Source of the DNA: an uncultured Aminicenantes bacterium
GTDB taxonomy: Bacteria; Acidobacteriota; Aminicenantia; UBA2199
DNA length: 63,529 nt
Reading direction: 5' to 3'
Assembly (NCBI GenBank): GCA_965195285.1
Contig: CBDAFS010000006.1
Location: 1 to 63,529 of the forward strand
Positions 28,557-38,730 of this stretch are shown in pieces; position 1 is the first letter of the stretch, and each line of letters opens with the position of its first letter. The position numbers and the translations under genes are program-made. Below the pieces are notes generated by a model. The model ran no database searches and was not told the origin of the DNA. It saw nothing but the letters and a program-made list of their open reading frames with translations.

Positions 28557-29594
28557 ATGCTTATTCTGGGTATAGAAACCTCCTGTGATGAAACGGCTGC
28601 TTCTCTGATTGAGCGTGGTTCATCAAACCGGGTTCTGAATGAAAAAATTAAATCTCAAATCCCCCTGCATGCCAAGTATGGAGGTGTGGTTCCGGAAATC
28701 GCTTCCAGGAGTCACCTGGAATATATTGATTTAATTACCGATCAGGTTTTAAAAGAATCGGGTCGAACAATGAAGGAGGTTGATCTGCTGAGTGTTACCC
28801 AGGGGCCCGGCCTGATTGGCTCTCTGCTGGTCGGACTTTCCTTTGCCAAGGGATTGTCATATCAAAACCAAATCCCTCTGGTACCGGTTGACCATATTTT
28901 CTCTCATATTGAATCCGCATTCATTGATTACCCGGATATTGCCTATCCGCTGGTCGCTTTGGTGGTTTCAGGCGGCCACACATCACTATTCTTTCAAAAA
29001 TCGAAATTTGATCGCCGGCTCATATCCAAGACCCGGGATGATGCGGTTGGAGAGATTATGGATAAAATTGCCAAATTTTTTGGTCTAGGATATCCCGGAG
29101 GACCGGTTCTGGATAAAATATATCATTCCGGTGATCCCGCCTGTTTTACCTTCACTTTCCCCAGAATGAGTGATGGTTCAAATGATTTTTCCTTTTCCGG
29201 ATATAAAACAGCGGTATTGCGCCTGGCAAAGGAGAAATGCATTCTCTCCGAATCGCAGTTGTTTACCGATTTGATCGCCTCTTTTTTGCATTCGATTGTT
29301 GATTACTTACTGTTGAAAACCACTGAAGCTGTTAATCAATATTCAGCCAAATCCGTCATAGTGGCTGGCGGGGTTAGTAGGAATTCGCTGTTGAGGAAAA
29401 AATTTCAGGATGCCTTTAATAGAAAAAATACCCCAATTTATTTGCCATTACCCAAGTTTTGTACTGACAATGCATCAATGGTTGCCTGGATGGGATATGA
29501 AACCTTCAATCATTATCCGGACAGGAATTATTTCGATTATTATTTAAATGCCTACTCACGCGCATATTTCCGGGAGAGTGGTAAACATCGCTAG
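28557..29594 (+). CDS. tsaD: tRNA t6A threonylcarbamoyltransferase
   Basis: LGIETSCDET, GGVVPEIASR, VSGGHT, DDAVGE, TDNA. Confidence 0.97.
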   Translation: MLILGIETSCDETAASLIERGSSNRVLNEKIKSQIPLHAKYGGVVPEIASRSHLEYIDLITDQVLKESGRTMKEVDLLSVTQGPGLIGSLLVGLSFAKGLSYQNQIPLVPVDHIFSHIESAFIDYPDIAYPLVALVVSGGHTSLFFQKSKFDRRLISKTRDDAVGEIMDKIAKFFGLGYPGGPVLDKIYHSGDPACFTFTFPRMSDGSNDFSFSGYKTAVLRLAKEKCILSESQLFTDLIASFLHSIVDYLLLKTTEAVNQYSAKSVIVAGGVSRNSLLRKKFQDAFNRKNTPIYLPLPKFCTDNASMVAWMGYETFNHYPDRNYFDYYLNAYSRAYFRESGKHR

Positions 29595-29660
29595 TTGCTG
29601 ATTGAACATTCCGTGCTATTCTCTAAAAAAGATAATGAAGTACGGACCTGAAATGGTGAT

Positions 29661-31388
29661 TTAAATAAAAAGCAATCTTATTTGAAAATAGATTTTTTTT
29701 TCAATTTCACGATGACTAATATCTTTTATGGTACCCTCTCGATCAATCCCCTGATAAGATAGTAACAGGATAATGGGTGTTTGAGGTATACGGTAACCCA
29801 ACCCGATTTGATACACCAGCCTCGAATCGGTAAGATGGAAGTCATCCTGGATAGAATCCTGAAAGCGGTCCAGTCCCTCTATGGAATCGAATTGATGGTA
29901 TTTAACCATTCCTTCAAGATGGAAATTCCCTCTTTGAATGATCAGACTTGATGCTGAGGTAAATCCATAGGCATAATAATAACCGTATTTTCCCAGAGTG
30001 GATTTGATACTGTATAGCGGATTTTCTTTTGAATATTCGGTTAATGCAAATGAATTTACCAGGGCAAAATCAAAATAGGACTCAATGGTCAGTTTGAGTT
30101 TTGTCTTGGCCAGGAAAAGGGTAAATTCCAGCATTGGCCCGAATGTATTGATGATCGCCATTTTATCGGAAAAATCTGTTGGGCTGGTTATTTCAATATA
30201 TTCACTATGGGAGGAGCCACTGGTGATGGTATCATAGGGGGCTTTGGAAGTTTTTCTGAACATATCGAAAGCTGAACCCAGGGCCAGAAAGAATTGAAAT
30301 CCCTTTAACCGGTTTTGTTTCTTTTTGAGATTTTTTTTAAAAAATCCAAAAAGGGTGGCTTTGGTGATGATGTTGAATTCTTCAATATGTTTTGGACCCA
30401 AGGTCATATCTGCAAAAATCTCACTGAAAAAAGTGGTTTTTAATTTTTTTTGACTTTCCCCGGACTGCTTGTATCCGGGAATGGAAATCAGTGAACTTTT
30501 AAATCCAATATTAAAATAGTTGTATCCTGGAGTGGTACCTGAAAAATCACCTTGAATTGGCCCGAAAAGCAAGTGGCTTTCAAGTTGATAAAGACTAAGC
30601 GGGTTGCTGTTTTTTATCCGTTTTTTCCCGTCCAGCCAGTTATTCAATGCCAGAATCGGATTGACGATTACGGCCAAAACCTTACTGAAGGGTTCTTCTC
30701 TGTGGCTTAGGTATTTTCCCAGCTGGTAAAGGGGTTCTCCCATGGAAAAGCCCAGAAAGGAATTAAATAAATTGTCGTTGATTGATACGATTTCTTTGTA
30801 TTCAATTACATATTCCCAGAATAGGGAAGAGGTAATGGCAAAGAGATAAGATTCACCAACGGTCAGGTTATTGGTCCTGGCGATATTGTAGAAAATGGCC
30901 CCATTGGGACCATGAGAGAAGTTGGTCATAAATGAATTTGAATCGAATTTGGTGGCTTCAAGAGTGAAAAAACGAATTCTTTGTTCTTCCCAGGTGAAAG
31001 AATATTGCCAATCTTCGGCCCACAATCCCCAGCGCCACCAGTAAAGGGCAGCAGAAACGCCCATAAAAACAAAACTTTCTATCAGGGCCCGCCCGGTGTT
31101 TTTGGGGGATTGATTTTCAGTTATGAAAGCAGATTTTTCCTCAGGTCCCTTTTGAAGGTCCAACTCAGGTTGAAAAATTGAATTTCTATTGATCTGATTA
31201 CAGAAAACGATAACACCGGTTCCATCAATGCAGGTGAATATGGCTGGCTGAAAATCGTAGAGTTTTAAATAAAATTGGCTGATCGTGTAATCTTTGATTT
31301 TTATCAGGTCAGGGTTTCCCGGATTACACAATAATAAGTACCCATTCAGACAAGAGGAAATCAGCACGAACAGAAAGGGTTTTTTCAT
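29661..31388 (-). CDS. DUF3943-like outer-membrane/secreted protein
   Basis: N..HG..GA..YN.AR, S.FWEY..E...SINDN motif; beta-rich C-terminus. Confidence 0.7.
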   Translation of the reverse strand: MKKPFLFVLISSCLNGYLLLCNPGNPDLIKIKDYTISQFYLKLYDFQPAIFTCIDGTGVIVFCNQINRNSIFQPELDLQKGPEEKSAFITENQSPKNTGRALIESFVFMGVSAALYWWRWGLWAEDWQYSFTWEEQRIRFFTLEATKFDSNSFMTNFSHGPNGAIFYNIARTNNLTVGESYLFAITSSLFWEYVIEYKEIVSINDNLFNSFLGFSMGEPLYQLGKYLSHREEPFSKVLAVIVNPILALNNWLDGKKRIKNSNPLSLYQLESHLLFGPIQGDFSGTTPGYNYFNIGFKSSLISIPGYKQSGESQKKLKTTFFSEIFADMTLGPKHIEEFNIITKATLFGFFKKNLKKKQNRLKGFQFFLALGSAFDMFRKTSKAPYDTITSGSSHSEYIEITSPTDFSDKMAIINTFGPMLEFTLFLAKTKLKLTIESYFDFALVNSFALTEYSKENPLYSIKSTLGKYGYYYAYGFTSASSLIIQRGNFHLEGMVKYHQFDSIEGLDRFQDSIQDDFHLTDSRLVYQIGLGYRIPQTPIILLLSYQGIDREGTIKDISHREIEKKIYFQIRLLFI

Positions 31389-31476
31389 TTGGATGTTATC
31401 TTACCAAATATCCAAATGGTTTTACAGGTGAATAAAGTTGGAACTGTTTTGTTCTAATGACCCGGGTGGTAAAAAC

Positions 31477-31902
31477 TTACATTACTTTTGTTGCATTCCA
31501 GGTTAGGTTATGTAATCCATAATCGTCATCAAAGGTTCCGTTTCCGTTCATGGAAGTGTCGCTGGTTAAGGTTCCGTTAAAAACCACACTGGTTTGGCCC
31601 CAAACACTATCAACATAATTATAGAGCATTTGGACAGCGGTGCAGTTGGTTACCGAATAGGTTCCGGTTTGACCCGGCATATAGTTCCAGCCCATAATGG
31701 TACCGCTCTCTTCAGTGCCGCTGAAAGTCAGGGTTTCGACCCAGGCATAAGGGGGAGCCGCGTCCCAGCCGGGAATATTGATGCTAACGCTCCAGGTGCC
31801 CAGGATGCTGAACTCACATCCTTCCTCGCTCTTACAGGCCGGGTGAAACAATAATCCCATGATAGCAATAGAAACGATTAGAAAAAGAATTTTGACTTTC
31901 AT
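31477..31902 (-). CDS. hypothetical lipoprotein
   Basis: ATG 31902 with AGGAGG SD; signal peptide ending PAC. Confidence 0.7.
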   Translation of the reverse strand: MKVKILFLIVSIAIMGLLFHPACKSEEGCEFSILGTWSVSINIPGWDAAPPYAWVETLTFSGTEESGTIMGWNYMPGQTGTYSVTNCTAVQMLYNYVDSVWGQTSVVFNGTLTSDTSMNGNGTFDDDYGLHNLTWNATKVM

Positions 31903-32043
31903 ATATAACCTCCTTTTTAACCTCTTCAAATTAGTAACATACTGAGATTTTAAAATCAATATTTAAATGAAAATTTTTTTTCAGGCTAATACCTGATTTT
32001 GGGTTTCATTGACAGGGGTTTTTGATTATAATAATATGGTTTC

Positions 32044-32529
32044 ATGAAATTGTTCTCTCTAGTGGGCTGGTCGGGCAGTGGAAAGACCACATTAATTGCC
32101 CGGTTGATTTCTTATTATAAAAAGAAAAAAATGTCAGTTGCCGCTGTTAAGAGGGTTCCCCATGGGTATTCACTTCAGCCGGAAGGCAAGGACTCATTCA
32201 GGTTTCTCAGAGCCGGAGCCGATAGTGTTTATCTGGCCAGCCAGAGGGAAATTATGTCCATTAAGCCCAAACAAGCACATGAAGATGCCTGGCATCTGAT
32301 CAAATCTGATTTGAAGGATCATGATTTTGTCTTGCTGGAAGGTTTAATTCTGGATCAGGTACCGGTAGCAGAGGTGTTTGATTCCAGAAGGCATAAGCTT
32401 TTGAAATTCCCTTTGAAAAAGTTATCATTAATCATTTCTGATGAGCAATTGCAGAAAAAAATTCCCTGGTTTCATGTGGATGATATAAAAGGCATAGCCG
32501 AATATTTGGAGGAATATGCATATGAGTGA
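32044..32529 (+). CDS. mobB: molybdopterin-guanine dinucleotide biosynthesis protein B
   Basis: GWSGSGKTT, GKDS...AGA, D.VLLEG. Confidence 0.9.
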   Translation: MKLFSLVGWSGSGKTTLIARLISYYKKKKMSVAAVKRVPHGYSLQPEGKDSFRFLRAGADSVYLASQREIMSIKPKQAHEDAWHLIKSDLKDHDFVLLEGLILDQVPVAEVFDSRRHKLLKFPLKKLSLIISDEQLQKKIPWFHVDDIKGIAEYLEEYAYE

Positions 32530-32686
32530 AAAAAAGGAAAGATCAATTGTGCTTAAAGTCAATGACAGGGTGATTCCCCTGAATCCTTTTGTGGATACCA
32601 TATTTATAAATGTCATTGATGGTTTGATTCAATCTCTGGATAAAATTCCCGACGATAAAAGCGAAATTGAAATTCTCATAAAATAA
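32522..32686 (+). CDS. small protein resembling the C-terminal extension of long MobB proteins
   Basis: 54-aa ORF absent from the track, overlapping the mobB stop: MSEKKERSIVLKVNDRVIPLNPFVDTIFINVIDGLIQSLDKIPDDKSEIEILIK. Confidence 0.7.
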   Translation: MSEKKERSIVLKVNDRVIPLNPFVDTIFINVIDGLIQSLDKIPDDKSEIEILIK

Positions 32687-32871
32687 AAATAATTCGAAGA
32701 AGACGGATAATCGGCTGTCTTTTACAGGCCATCCATGGTTTCTGATTCATGTTTGACCCCGTTGCTTCGATTATAATTCAAACCAGCTGATTGTGCTTTT
32801 TGATGACTTGACAATTTTCTTTGAACAAATTAAGATCAAAATAGGCTTAAATTGAAATTATATGCCTCTCA

Positions 32872-33513
32872 GTGATGACCAAAAACCAAAAATTTAAAAA
32901 TATCGCACAGATTTTTAAAAGAAATGTTCCGGGGCTTACCGATATTCTTTCAAAAAAAACTGCAGGCATTGCCGGACTGGGTGGTCTGGGATCCAATGTG
33001 GCGGTTTCTCTGGTTCGCTCCGGTCTGGGAAAACTCATTGTTGCTGACTATGACACAGTAGAGCTTTCCAATTTGAATCGGCAATTTTATTTTCTTGAAG
33101 ATATTGGAAAAAAAAAGACCGAGGCCCTGGCTGTCTATCTTAAAAAGATAAATCCCGGGTTGATACTGGAGGCCCACTGGATCAAGCTAGACAGAAAAAA
33201 TGTCTGCAATGTTTTCAAAGACGCAACCATATTAATCGAAGCTTTTGATAAAGCAGAGGAAAAGGCCTGGTTGATTGAGACCTGGAGTGAATGCTTCCCG
33301 GAAAAACCGATAATTGTTGCCAGTGGCCTGGCCGGGTATGGAAAAACGGATCTGCTGAGAGTTGAACGATCGGGAAACATTTTTATTTGTGGTGATGGTA
33401 AAAGTGACAGTAGTATGGGACTCAATGCGGCCAGAGTGGCCATAGTTGCCAACATCCAGGCAAATGTAGCCATTGAAATCCTGGCCAATGAGGAACTTCA
33501 AAAGGAGTCATGA
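32872..33513 (+). CDS. thiF: ThiS adenylyltransferase (ThiF family)
   Basis: GIAGLGGLGS, D.D.VELSNLNRQ, EAFD. Confidence 0.88.
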   Translation: MMTKNQKFKNIAQIFKRNVPGLTDILSKKTAGIAGLGGLGSNVAVSLVRSGLGKLIVADYDTVELSNLNRQFYFLEDIGKKKTEALAVYLKKINPGLILEAHWIKLDRKNVCNVFKDATILIEAFDKAEEKAWLIETWSECFPEKPIIVASGLAGYGKTDLLRVERSGNIFICGDGKSDSSMGLNAARVAIVANIQANVAIEILANEELQKES

Positions 33514-34430
33514 TGAAAGATAGTGTTTTCTTATTTCCAGGGCAGGGATCTCAGGTGGTCGGAATGGGGGAAGATCTTTATCGGGAGACCGAACTGGGGA
33601 AAAACGTATTCAAAAGGGTAGATGAGATCCTGGGGTATCATTTTTCAAGAATTTGTTTTGAAGGCCCAGAGGATGAGTTGAAGCTCACTTTCAATACCCA
33701 GCCGGCTCTATTAACGGTTTCATTTGTTTTGAGTTCTCTGCTGGGCTTGAAGCCATCTTTTGCAGCCGGGCACAGCCTTGGTGAGTACTCTGCCCTTCTG
33801 AGCAGCGGTTGTCTGGAGTTTGATGATGCTGTTTTGCTGGTCCATAAAAGAGGCATGTATATGCAGGAGGCAGTACCAGTGGGCCGGGGAGCCATGGCCG
33901 CAGTTATTGGAGCGGATATTCAAAAGGTACAAGAAGCCATTCAAGCGGTTGAGGGTGTAGTCAGTTTGGCCAACTGGAACAGTTCGTCACAGTTCGTTCT
34001 GTCCGGTGACAAAAAGGCTGTTGAGCAAGCAGTGGAAAGAATCTCTGCCCCCAGGACGGTTTTTTTATCGGTATCTGCCCCCTTTCATTCTCAGTTGATG
34101 CTTCCGGCTGAAAAAAAATTGTCTGTTGATCTGGATCACACAGAATTCAAGGATTTAAATTTCCCTGTACTAAACAATGTTGAAGCCCAAGAAATGTCCA
34201 CTGGTGACCAGGCCCGTGAAGCATTAAAAAGGCAGGTTTCAAGACCGGTTTTATGGCACACATCAATGTTAAAATTTCTTCAAGATTATCAAATTAAAAA
34301 ATTTGTTGAAATCGGTTCCGGAAAAGTATTATCCGGATTAATCATCAGAACTGCTCGAGAACTTGGGTATGAAATTGAAGTTCATAATATTCAAACTCTG
34401 GCAGATTTGAAAAATTTTGAGAGATCGTAG
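33510..34430 (+). CDS. fabD: malonyl-CoA:ACP transacylase
   Basis: FPGQGSQ, GHSLGE, SAPFHS. Confidence 0.96.
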   Translation: MMKDSVFLFPGQGSQVVGMGEDLYRETELGKNVFKRVDEILGYHFSRICFEGPEDELKLTFNTQPALLTVSFVLSSLLGLKPSFAAGHSLGEYSALLSSGCLEFDDAVLLVHKRGMYMQEAVPVGRGAMAAVIGADIQKVQEAIQAVEGVVSLANWNSSSQFVLSGDKKAVEQAVERISAPRTVFLSVSAPFHSQLMLPAEKKLSVDLDHTEFKDLNFPVLNNVEAQEMSTGDQAREALKRQVSRPVLWHTSMLKFLQDYQIKKFVEIGSGKVLSGLIIRTARELGYEIEVHNIQTLADLKNFERS

Positions 34431-34462
34431 CCGATTTTTTCCAGATTTCGAAAATAGATAAT

Positions 34463-35026
34463 TTAATCAGAAAAAGAATCCAGAAACCGATCTTTGATCT
34501 GATCGGCAGTAAAGGGAAGGCGGGGGCATTCTCTGTTGACCTGAGTATTTACCTTGAAGAGAATAAAATGGGGACCTGATTGAGTGTTTATCCTGGAAAA
34601 AGTGTTGATAAATTCGTTTGATGAATTGATTTGATGCGAACTCCTGTATCCCGATGCCCGGGCGATTCCGACCAAATCAATTTCAGGAGATAGGGTAGGC
34701 TGATTACCTGTGGTTCCGTAAACTTCATTGTCCAGTACAAAATGAAAAAAATTCTCAGGTTTAAGAGTACCGATCATGGCCAGATTTCCGAATCCCATTA
34801 ATATATTTCCATCACCGTCAAAAACAAACACTTTCTGATGGGGTTTTCCCATAGCAATTCCCAGGCCAACCGAGGATGCCAGCCCCATTGAACCCAATAA
34901 ATAGAAATTTTTTTTTCGGTTGTTACAGTAAAAGGATTCCCGGTTGATCGCCCCGTTGGCATGAATAATCACATCCTCTTCTGAAAGATGACTGGTAATC
35001 AATTTAATAGCTTCCAGGCGATTCAT
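34463..35026 (-). CDS. phosphono-/sulfopyruvate decarboxylase beta subunit (TPP-binding)
   Basis: GSMG, DGDG..LM, LDN..YGTTGNQ. Confidence 0.85.
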   Translation of the reverse strand: MNRLEAIKLITSHLSEEDVIIHANGAINRESFYCNNRKKNFYLLGSMGLASSVGLGIAMGKPHQKVFVFDGDGNILMGFGNLAMIGTLKPENFFHFVLDNEVYGTTGNQPTLSPEIDLVGIARASGYRSSHQINSSNEFINTFSRINTQSGPHFILFKVNTQVNRECPRLPFTADQIKDRFLDSFSD

Positions 35027-35511
35027 ACCAGTCTCCCCTTTTTTATGAGCAGAAAATACGGTAATTTTTTTTTGAGCATAGTCTCTTTTATAGCTGTAAA
35101 TCCTTTGGGATCAATGTCTTTGGCGAGAATAGAGTAATCAAGGCTGAAGGATTTTAAAATATCCCCGGTGTGTTTTCCCATTATCTGATGTTCTTCCATC
35201 CCCTGATCCTGGGGGCCTCGAAAACTAACCAGCACCAGAACCGGGATATGGTAAATCATATGAATTGAAGCAAAGGCCTCCAGGGAGTATCCCAGACCTG
35301 AATTTTGCATATAAATGACCGGGAGTTTTCCGGAAAGAAAAGCACCGGCACTCATTCCAACAGCAATATCCTCTCTTACCGCAGGAAAATGGGAGAAATA
35401 CGGGTTCTGATAAAAAGTATCAATCAACGAAATGAAATATGAACAGGGAACCCCGGTAATAAAATTGAATTTATTCTGCTTTAATAATTCGGCAAAACGG
35501 GCTGCTTTCAT
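35023..35511 (-). CDS. phosphono-/sulfopyruvate decarboxylase alpha subunit
   Basis: GVPCS, RED.AVG, MQNSGLG, RG...EH..MG. Confidence 0.85.
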   Translation of the reverse strand: MKAARFAELLKQNKFNFITGVPCSYFISLIDTFYQNPYFSHFPAVREDIAVGMSAGAFLSGKLPVIYMQNSGLGYSLEAFASIHMIYHIPVLVLVSFRGPQDQGMEEHQIMGKHTGDILKSFSLDYSILAKDIDPKGFTAIKETMLKKKLPYFLLIKKGRLV

Positions 35512-35639
35512 ATGAGTATTATAGCAGTTGGCTAACCAAAGAAAAAGGGTGCCTCAAAATGTCATAAACATGAGGAGTTCTATATGTAAAAAACCCGTCC
35601 CGGTTTGATTTTTATATTCTTTTTATTTATTATTGAAGC

Positions 35640-37145
35640 ATGAAAAGGATTACGAAATATATTCTTTTCAATTTGATCATATCTTTAAGCATATTTCTGG
35701 CTTCCTCAGATGGTGTAATTATTTATATAAGAGGGATAGATTCCACCACTCTGGAGCCCGGGGAATCAGAGGATCTGTATTCCAGTGAAGTCATCGCCAA
35801 TATATTTGAGGGGTTGGTTCGTTTCAAGAAGGGCACCTATGAGGTAGAACCCTGCCTGGCCACAAAATGGGAGATGAATAAAAATCAAAGGGAGTGGGTT
35901 TTTTATTTGAGAAGGGGGGTTCGCTTTCATAACCGTAAAGTTTTTGATTCCGGATCAGTGGTGGCGACTTTTAAGAGAAGGTTGGGAACAGAAAGAGCGG
36001 CCTTGAAAAGAATATGGTATTTCTTTCCCTTTATTGAAAATGTTGAAGCCGTTGATCGCTTTACGGTGAAGATTTTATTGAAGAAGCCTTATGCCCCTCT
36101 TCTTTCTGCTTTGACTGATCCCACAGCTTTCATTGTCGCCCCTGAATCTTATCAACAGGACGGAGTCTTCAAACCCATCGGAACCGGACCATTTGTTTTT
36201 GATAGCTGGGAAAAAGGGAATAGTCTGGTATTAAAGAAAAATCCGGAGTACTGGGATGGAAAAATTCCTGTTTCAAGAGTCATATTCAAAATCATCACCA
36301 GTCCTGCCAGTCGAACGCTTCAACTCAGAAACGGAAATGCGGATGTTTTAAGAATTAATTCTGCGGTTGAATTTGAGGAATTATTAGGAAGAAAGGAAAT
36401 TAAAACCTTTACCGCCCCATCCCGGGATGTTCATTACCTGGTTTTTAATACTCAAAAACACCATCTGTCAAGGATTGAGGTTCGGCGGGCATTTGCTCAT
36501 TTAATCAATAAGGAGGGCCTGGTAAAGCATATCTATCAAAAAGTTGCTATACCGGCAGTTACTCCGATCCCGCCATCTTTTTTGGGATTCAATCCTGAAA
36601 TAAAGGATTATGAATATGATGTTGCAAAGGCCAGAAACTTATTGAAAAAAGCCGGATTGAAAGCCGGTTTCAGTATAAATCTCTTTTTTGCTGAGAAAAA
36701 TTTGGGTCAGCTCAAAATCGCCAATATTCTTACCACCAATGCCAGACATGTATATATCAAGGTGAATAAGGTGCCATTACCATTTAAACAACTGGTCAAA
36801 CGGTGTGATAGGGGAGAGCATGATATTGCTTTATTGGCTTGGGTAGGTCCGCCGGATCCGGATTTCTTTTTCTATCCCCTGTTTACCATGACTCAGGGAA
36901 ATAAAAATCGGGCATTTTATCAGAATCCCCATTTGCTTGCTCTTCTGGATAAGGGCAGAGAGACCTTTGATCGGGATCACCGGGTTGCTTATTACCGGGA
37001 AGCCCAGGAAATTATCCATGAAGATATCCCCTGGGTTCCTCTTTTTCATCAATTGCCCATTGTTGCATATCGAAAAAATATTGAAAATCTTTATGTCTCT
37101 TCAAATAATTACATTGTTTTTAAACATGTGATCAAACATGAGTAA
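35640..37145 (+). CDS. family 5 (DppA/OppA-like) solute-binding protein
   Basis: IFEGLV, P.LA..W, LRRGVRFH, PIGTGPF. Confidence 0.9.
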   Translation: MKRITKYILFNLIISLSIFLASSDGVIIYIRGIDSTTLEPGESEDLYSSEVIANIFEGLVRFKKGTYEVEPCLATKWEMNKNQREWVFYLRRGVRFHNRKVFDSGSVVATFKRRLGTERAALKRIWYFFPFIENVEAVDRFTVKILLKKPYAPLLSALTDPTAFIVAPESYQQDGVFKPIGTGPFVFDSWEKGNSLVLKKNPEYWDGKIPVSRVIFKIITSPASRTLQLRNGNADVLRINSAVEFEELLGRKEIKTFTAPSRDVHYLVFNTQKHHLSRIEVRRAFAHLINKEGLVKHIYQKVAIPAVTPIPPSFLGFNPEIKDYEYDVAKARNLLKKAGLKAGFSINLFFAEKNLGQLKIANILTTNARHVYIKVNKVPLPFKQLVKRCDRGEHDIALLAWVGPPDPDFFFYPLFTMTQGNKNRAFYQNPHLLALLDKGRETFDRDHRVAYYREAQEIIHEDIPWVPLFHQLPIVAYRKNIENLYVSSNNYIVFKHVIKHE

Positions 37146-37191
37146 TATGAAAAAGCTTAATATAACCCCAAAGCTATAGTAAGGATATAAA

Positions 37192-38730
37192 ATGAAAAAA
37201 AAATACAACTATTTGATGTGGGCATTAATTTTTTTAATTTTTCCGGTTGTTTTATCATCAGCCAACAATGTGATTTTCTGGGGCAGCACCTTGAGTCCGG
37301 AAACCCTGGATCCGGCTCAGGCCTGGGATGACACTTCGGTCTTATTTACCTTCAATATTTATGAGACCCTGATTAAATTAAACCCTGAAACTTTCGAAAT
37401 TGAGCCCTTGCTTGCGGTATCCTGGAAAGCCAAAAACCAGGGGAAGATGTGGATATTTAAGTTAAGGCAAGGTGTAAAATTTCATGACGGCACTGATTTT
37501 AATGCCAGTTCGGTTGTGTTTTCTTTCCAGCGGCAGCTGGATAAAAATTTCAAATACCGCTATTATGATTTCCCCATATTTGAGGAAATATTCAGGAATA
37601 TCAAATCAGTAATAGCGGTTGATTCTCATACCGTAGCCTTCGCCCTTAAAGAGCCTTTTTATCCATTTCTGGCCACCCTGTCCAGTTCCGGTGCTTCAAT
37701 TATCTCTCCAACTGCAGCCAAAAAGTATAGAGCCAAATTCTTTCAGAATCCGGTTGGGACCGGTCCATTTATATTGAAGTCCTGGGAAATGGGTGAACGG
37801 GTTGTTTTGGTTTCCAATCCTTTATACTGGAGGGGAAAGCCCGCCTTAGATAAATTTGTTCATAAGCATGTTTCCAAGCATGACCAATTGCATAAATTAT
37901 TCAGACAGGGTGATATCGATATCATTGACAGTATTTCGATTTCACGTACAGTGGGATTAAAGAATATACAATGGGTTACGATTGAACGAGTGCCCACACT
38001 TTCGGTGAATTTTATTGCTTTTAACTTTAATAATAAATACCTGCAAAGGGAAAATATCCGGAGGGCAATCAGGTATTTATGGGAAGATCGGGTTTTAAAA
38101 TATGTGTTTCAGGATTTTGTGGTCCCACTCAATTCTGTTTTACCCAGGGGTATCCCGGGTTATAGGGAAATCTTGGCGGAAAAAAAATTTTCTTTATCCA
38201 AAAGCAAAGATCTTTTAAATAAAGAGCAAATAGATGAAAAAATAAAACTGACATTTTTATTGCGCAGTGATTCCGGACTGCAACGTAAGTTGGTTCAGTG
38301 GTTTTCTAAAAACCTTAAGCGAGTGGGAATTGAACTGAGCATACAGAGCTTTTCCAACCAAGAATATCTTAAAAAGGTTGAGAAAGGTGAATTTGATTTG
38401 ACGATTTCAGGCTGGATTGTGGATTATCCGGATTCGCATGACCTCATTTCTGCTTTATTTAATGCTCAGCTCCAGAAAAGCGGATTTGTCAACCTGTCCG
38501 GGTATGAAGATGAAGTGTTGAGGAAACAAATCGATAAAATTGCCATTGAGAACAATATGGTTGAAAGAAGAAAAATGATTGAACGGATAATACAGAAAAT
38601 TGACAACAAAGCTCTGTGCATTCCGATATACCAAAATACTTCCGTACTAATATATAATAATAAGCGAATTAAAAAGGTGAGTGTTTCTCCCTATGGAAAC
38701 ATTTCACTTTTTGATATTGTGAGAAAATGA
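37192..38730 (+). CDS. family 5 solute-binding protein
   Basis: LDPA, IYETL, LRQGVKFHDG, PVGTGPF. Confidence 0.9.
   Translation: MKKKYNYLMWALIFLIFPVVLSSANNVIFWGSTLSPETLDPAQAWDDTSVLFTFNIYETLIKLNPETFEIEPLLAVSWKAKNQGKMWIFKLRQGVKFHDGTDFNASSVVFSFQRQLDKNFKYRYYDFPIFEEIFRNIKSVIAVDSHTVAFALKEPFYPFLATLSSSGASIISPTAAKKYRAKFFQNPVGTGPFILKSWEMGERVVLVSNPLYWRGKPALDKFVHKHVSKHDQLHKLFRQGDIDIIDSISISRTVGLKNIQWVTIERVPTLSVNFIAFNFNNKYLQRENIRRAIRYLWEDRVLKYVFQDFVVPLNSVLPRGIPGYREILAEKKFSLSKSKDLLNKEQIDEKIKLTFLLRSDSGLQRKLVQWFSKNLKRVGIELSIQSFSNQEYLKKVEKGEFDLTISGWIVDYPDSHDLISALFNAQLQKSGFVNLSGYEDEVLRKQIDKIAIENNMVERRKMIERIIQKIDNKALCIPIYQNTSVLIYNNKRIKKVSVSPYGNISLFDIVRK

Noticed and set aside
32687-32871. TPP riboswitch upstream of thiF
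   Set aside because: No conserved CTGAGA/TPP aptamer core seen; only a weak hairpin and a sigma70-like promoter
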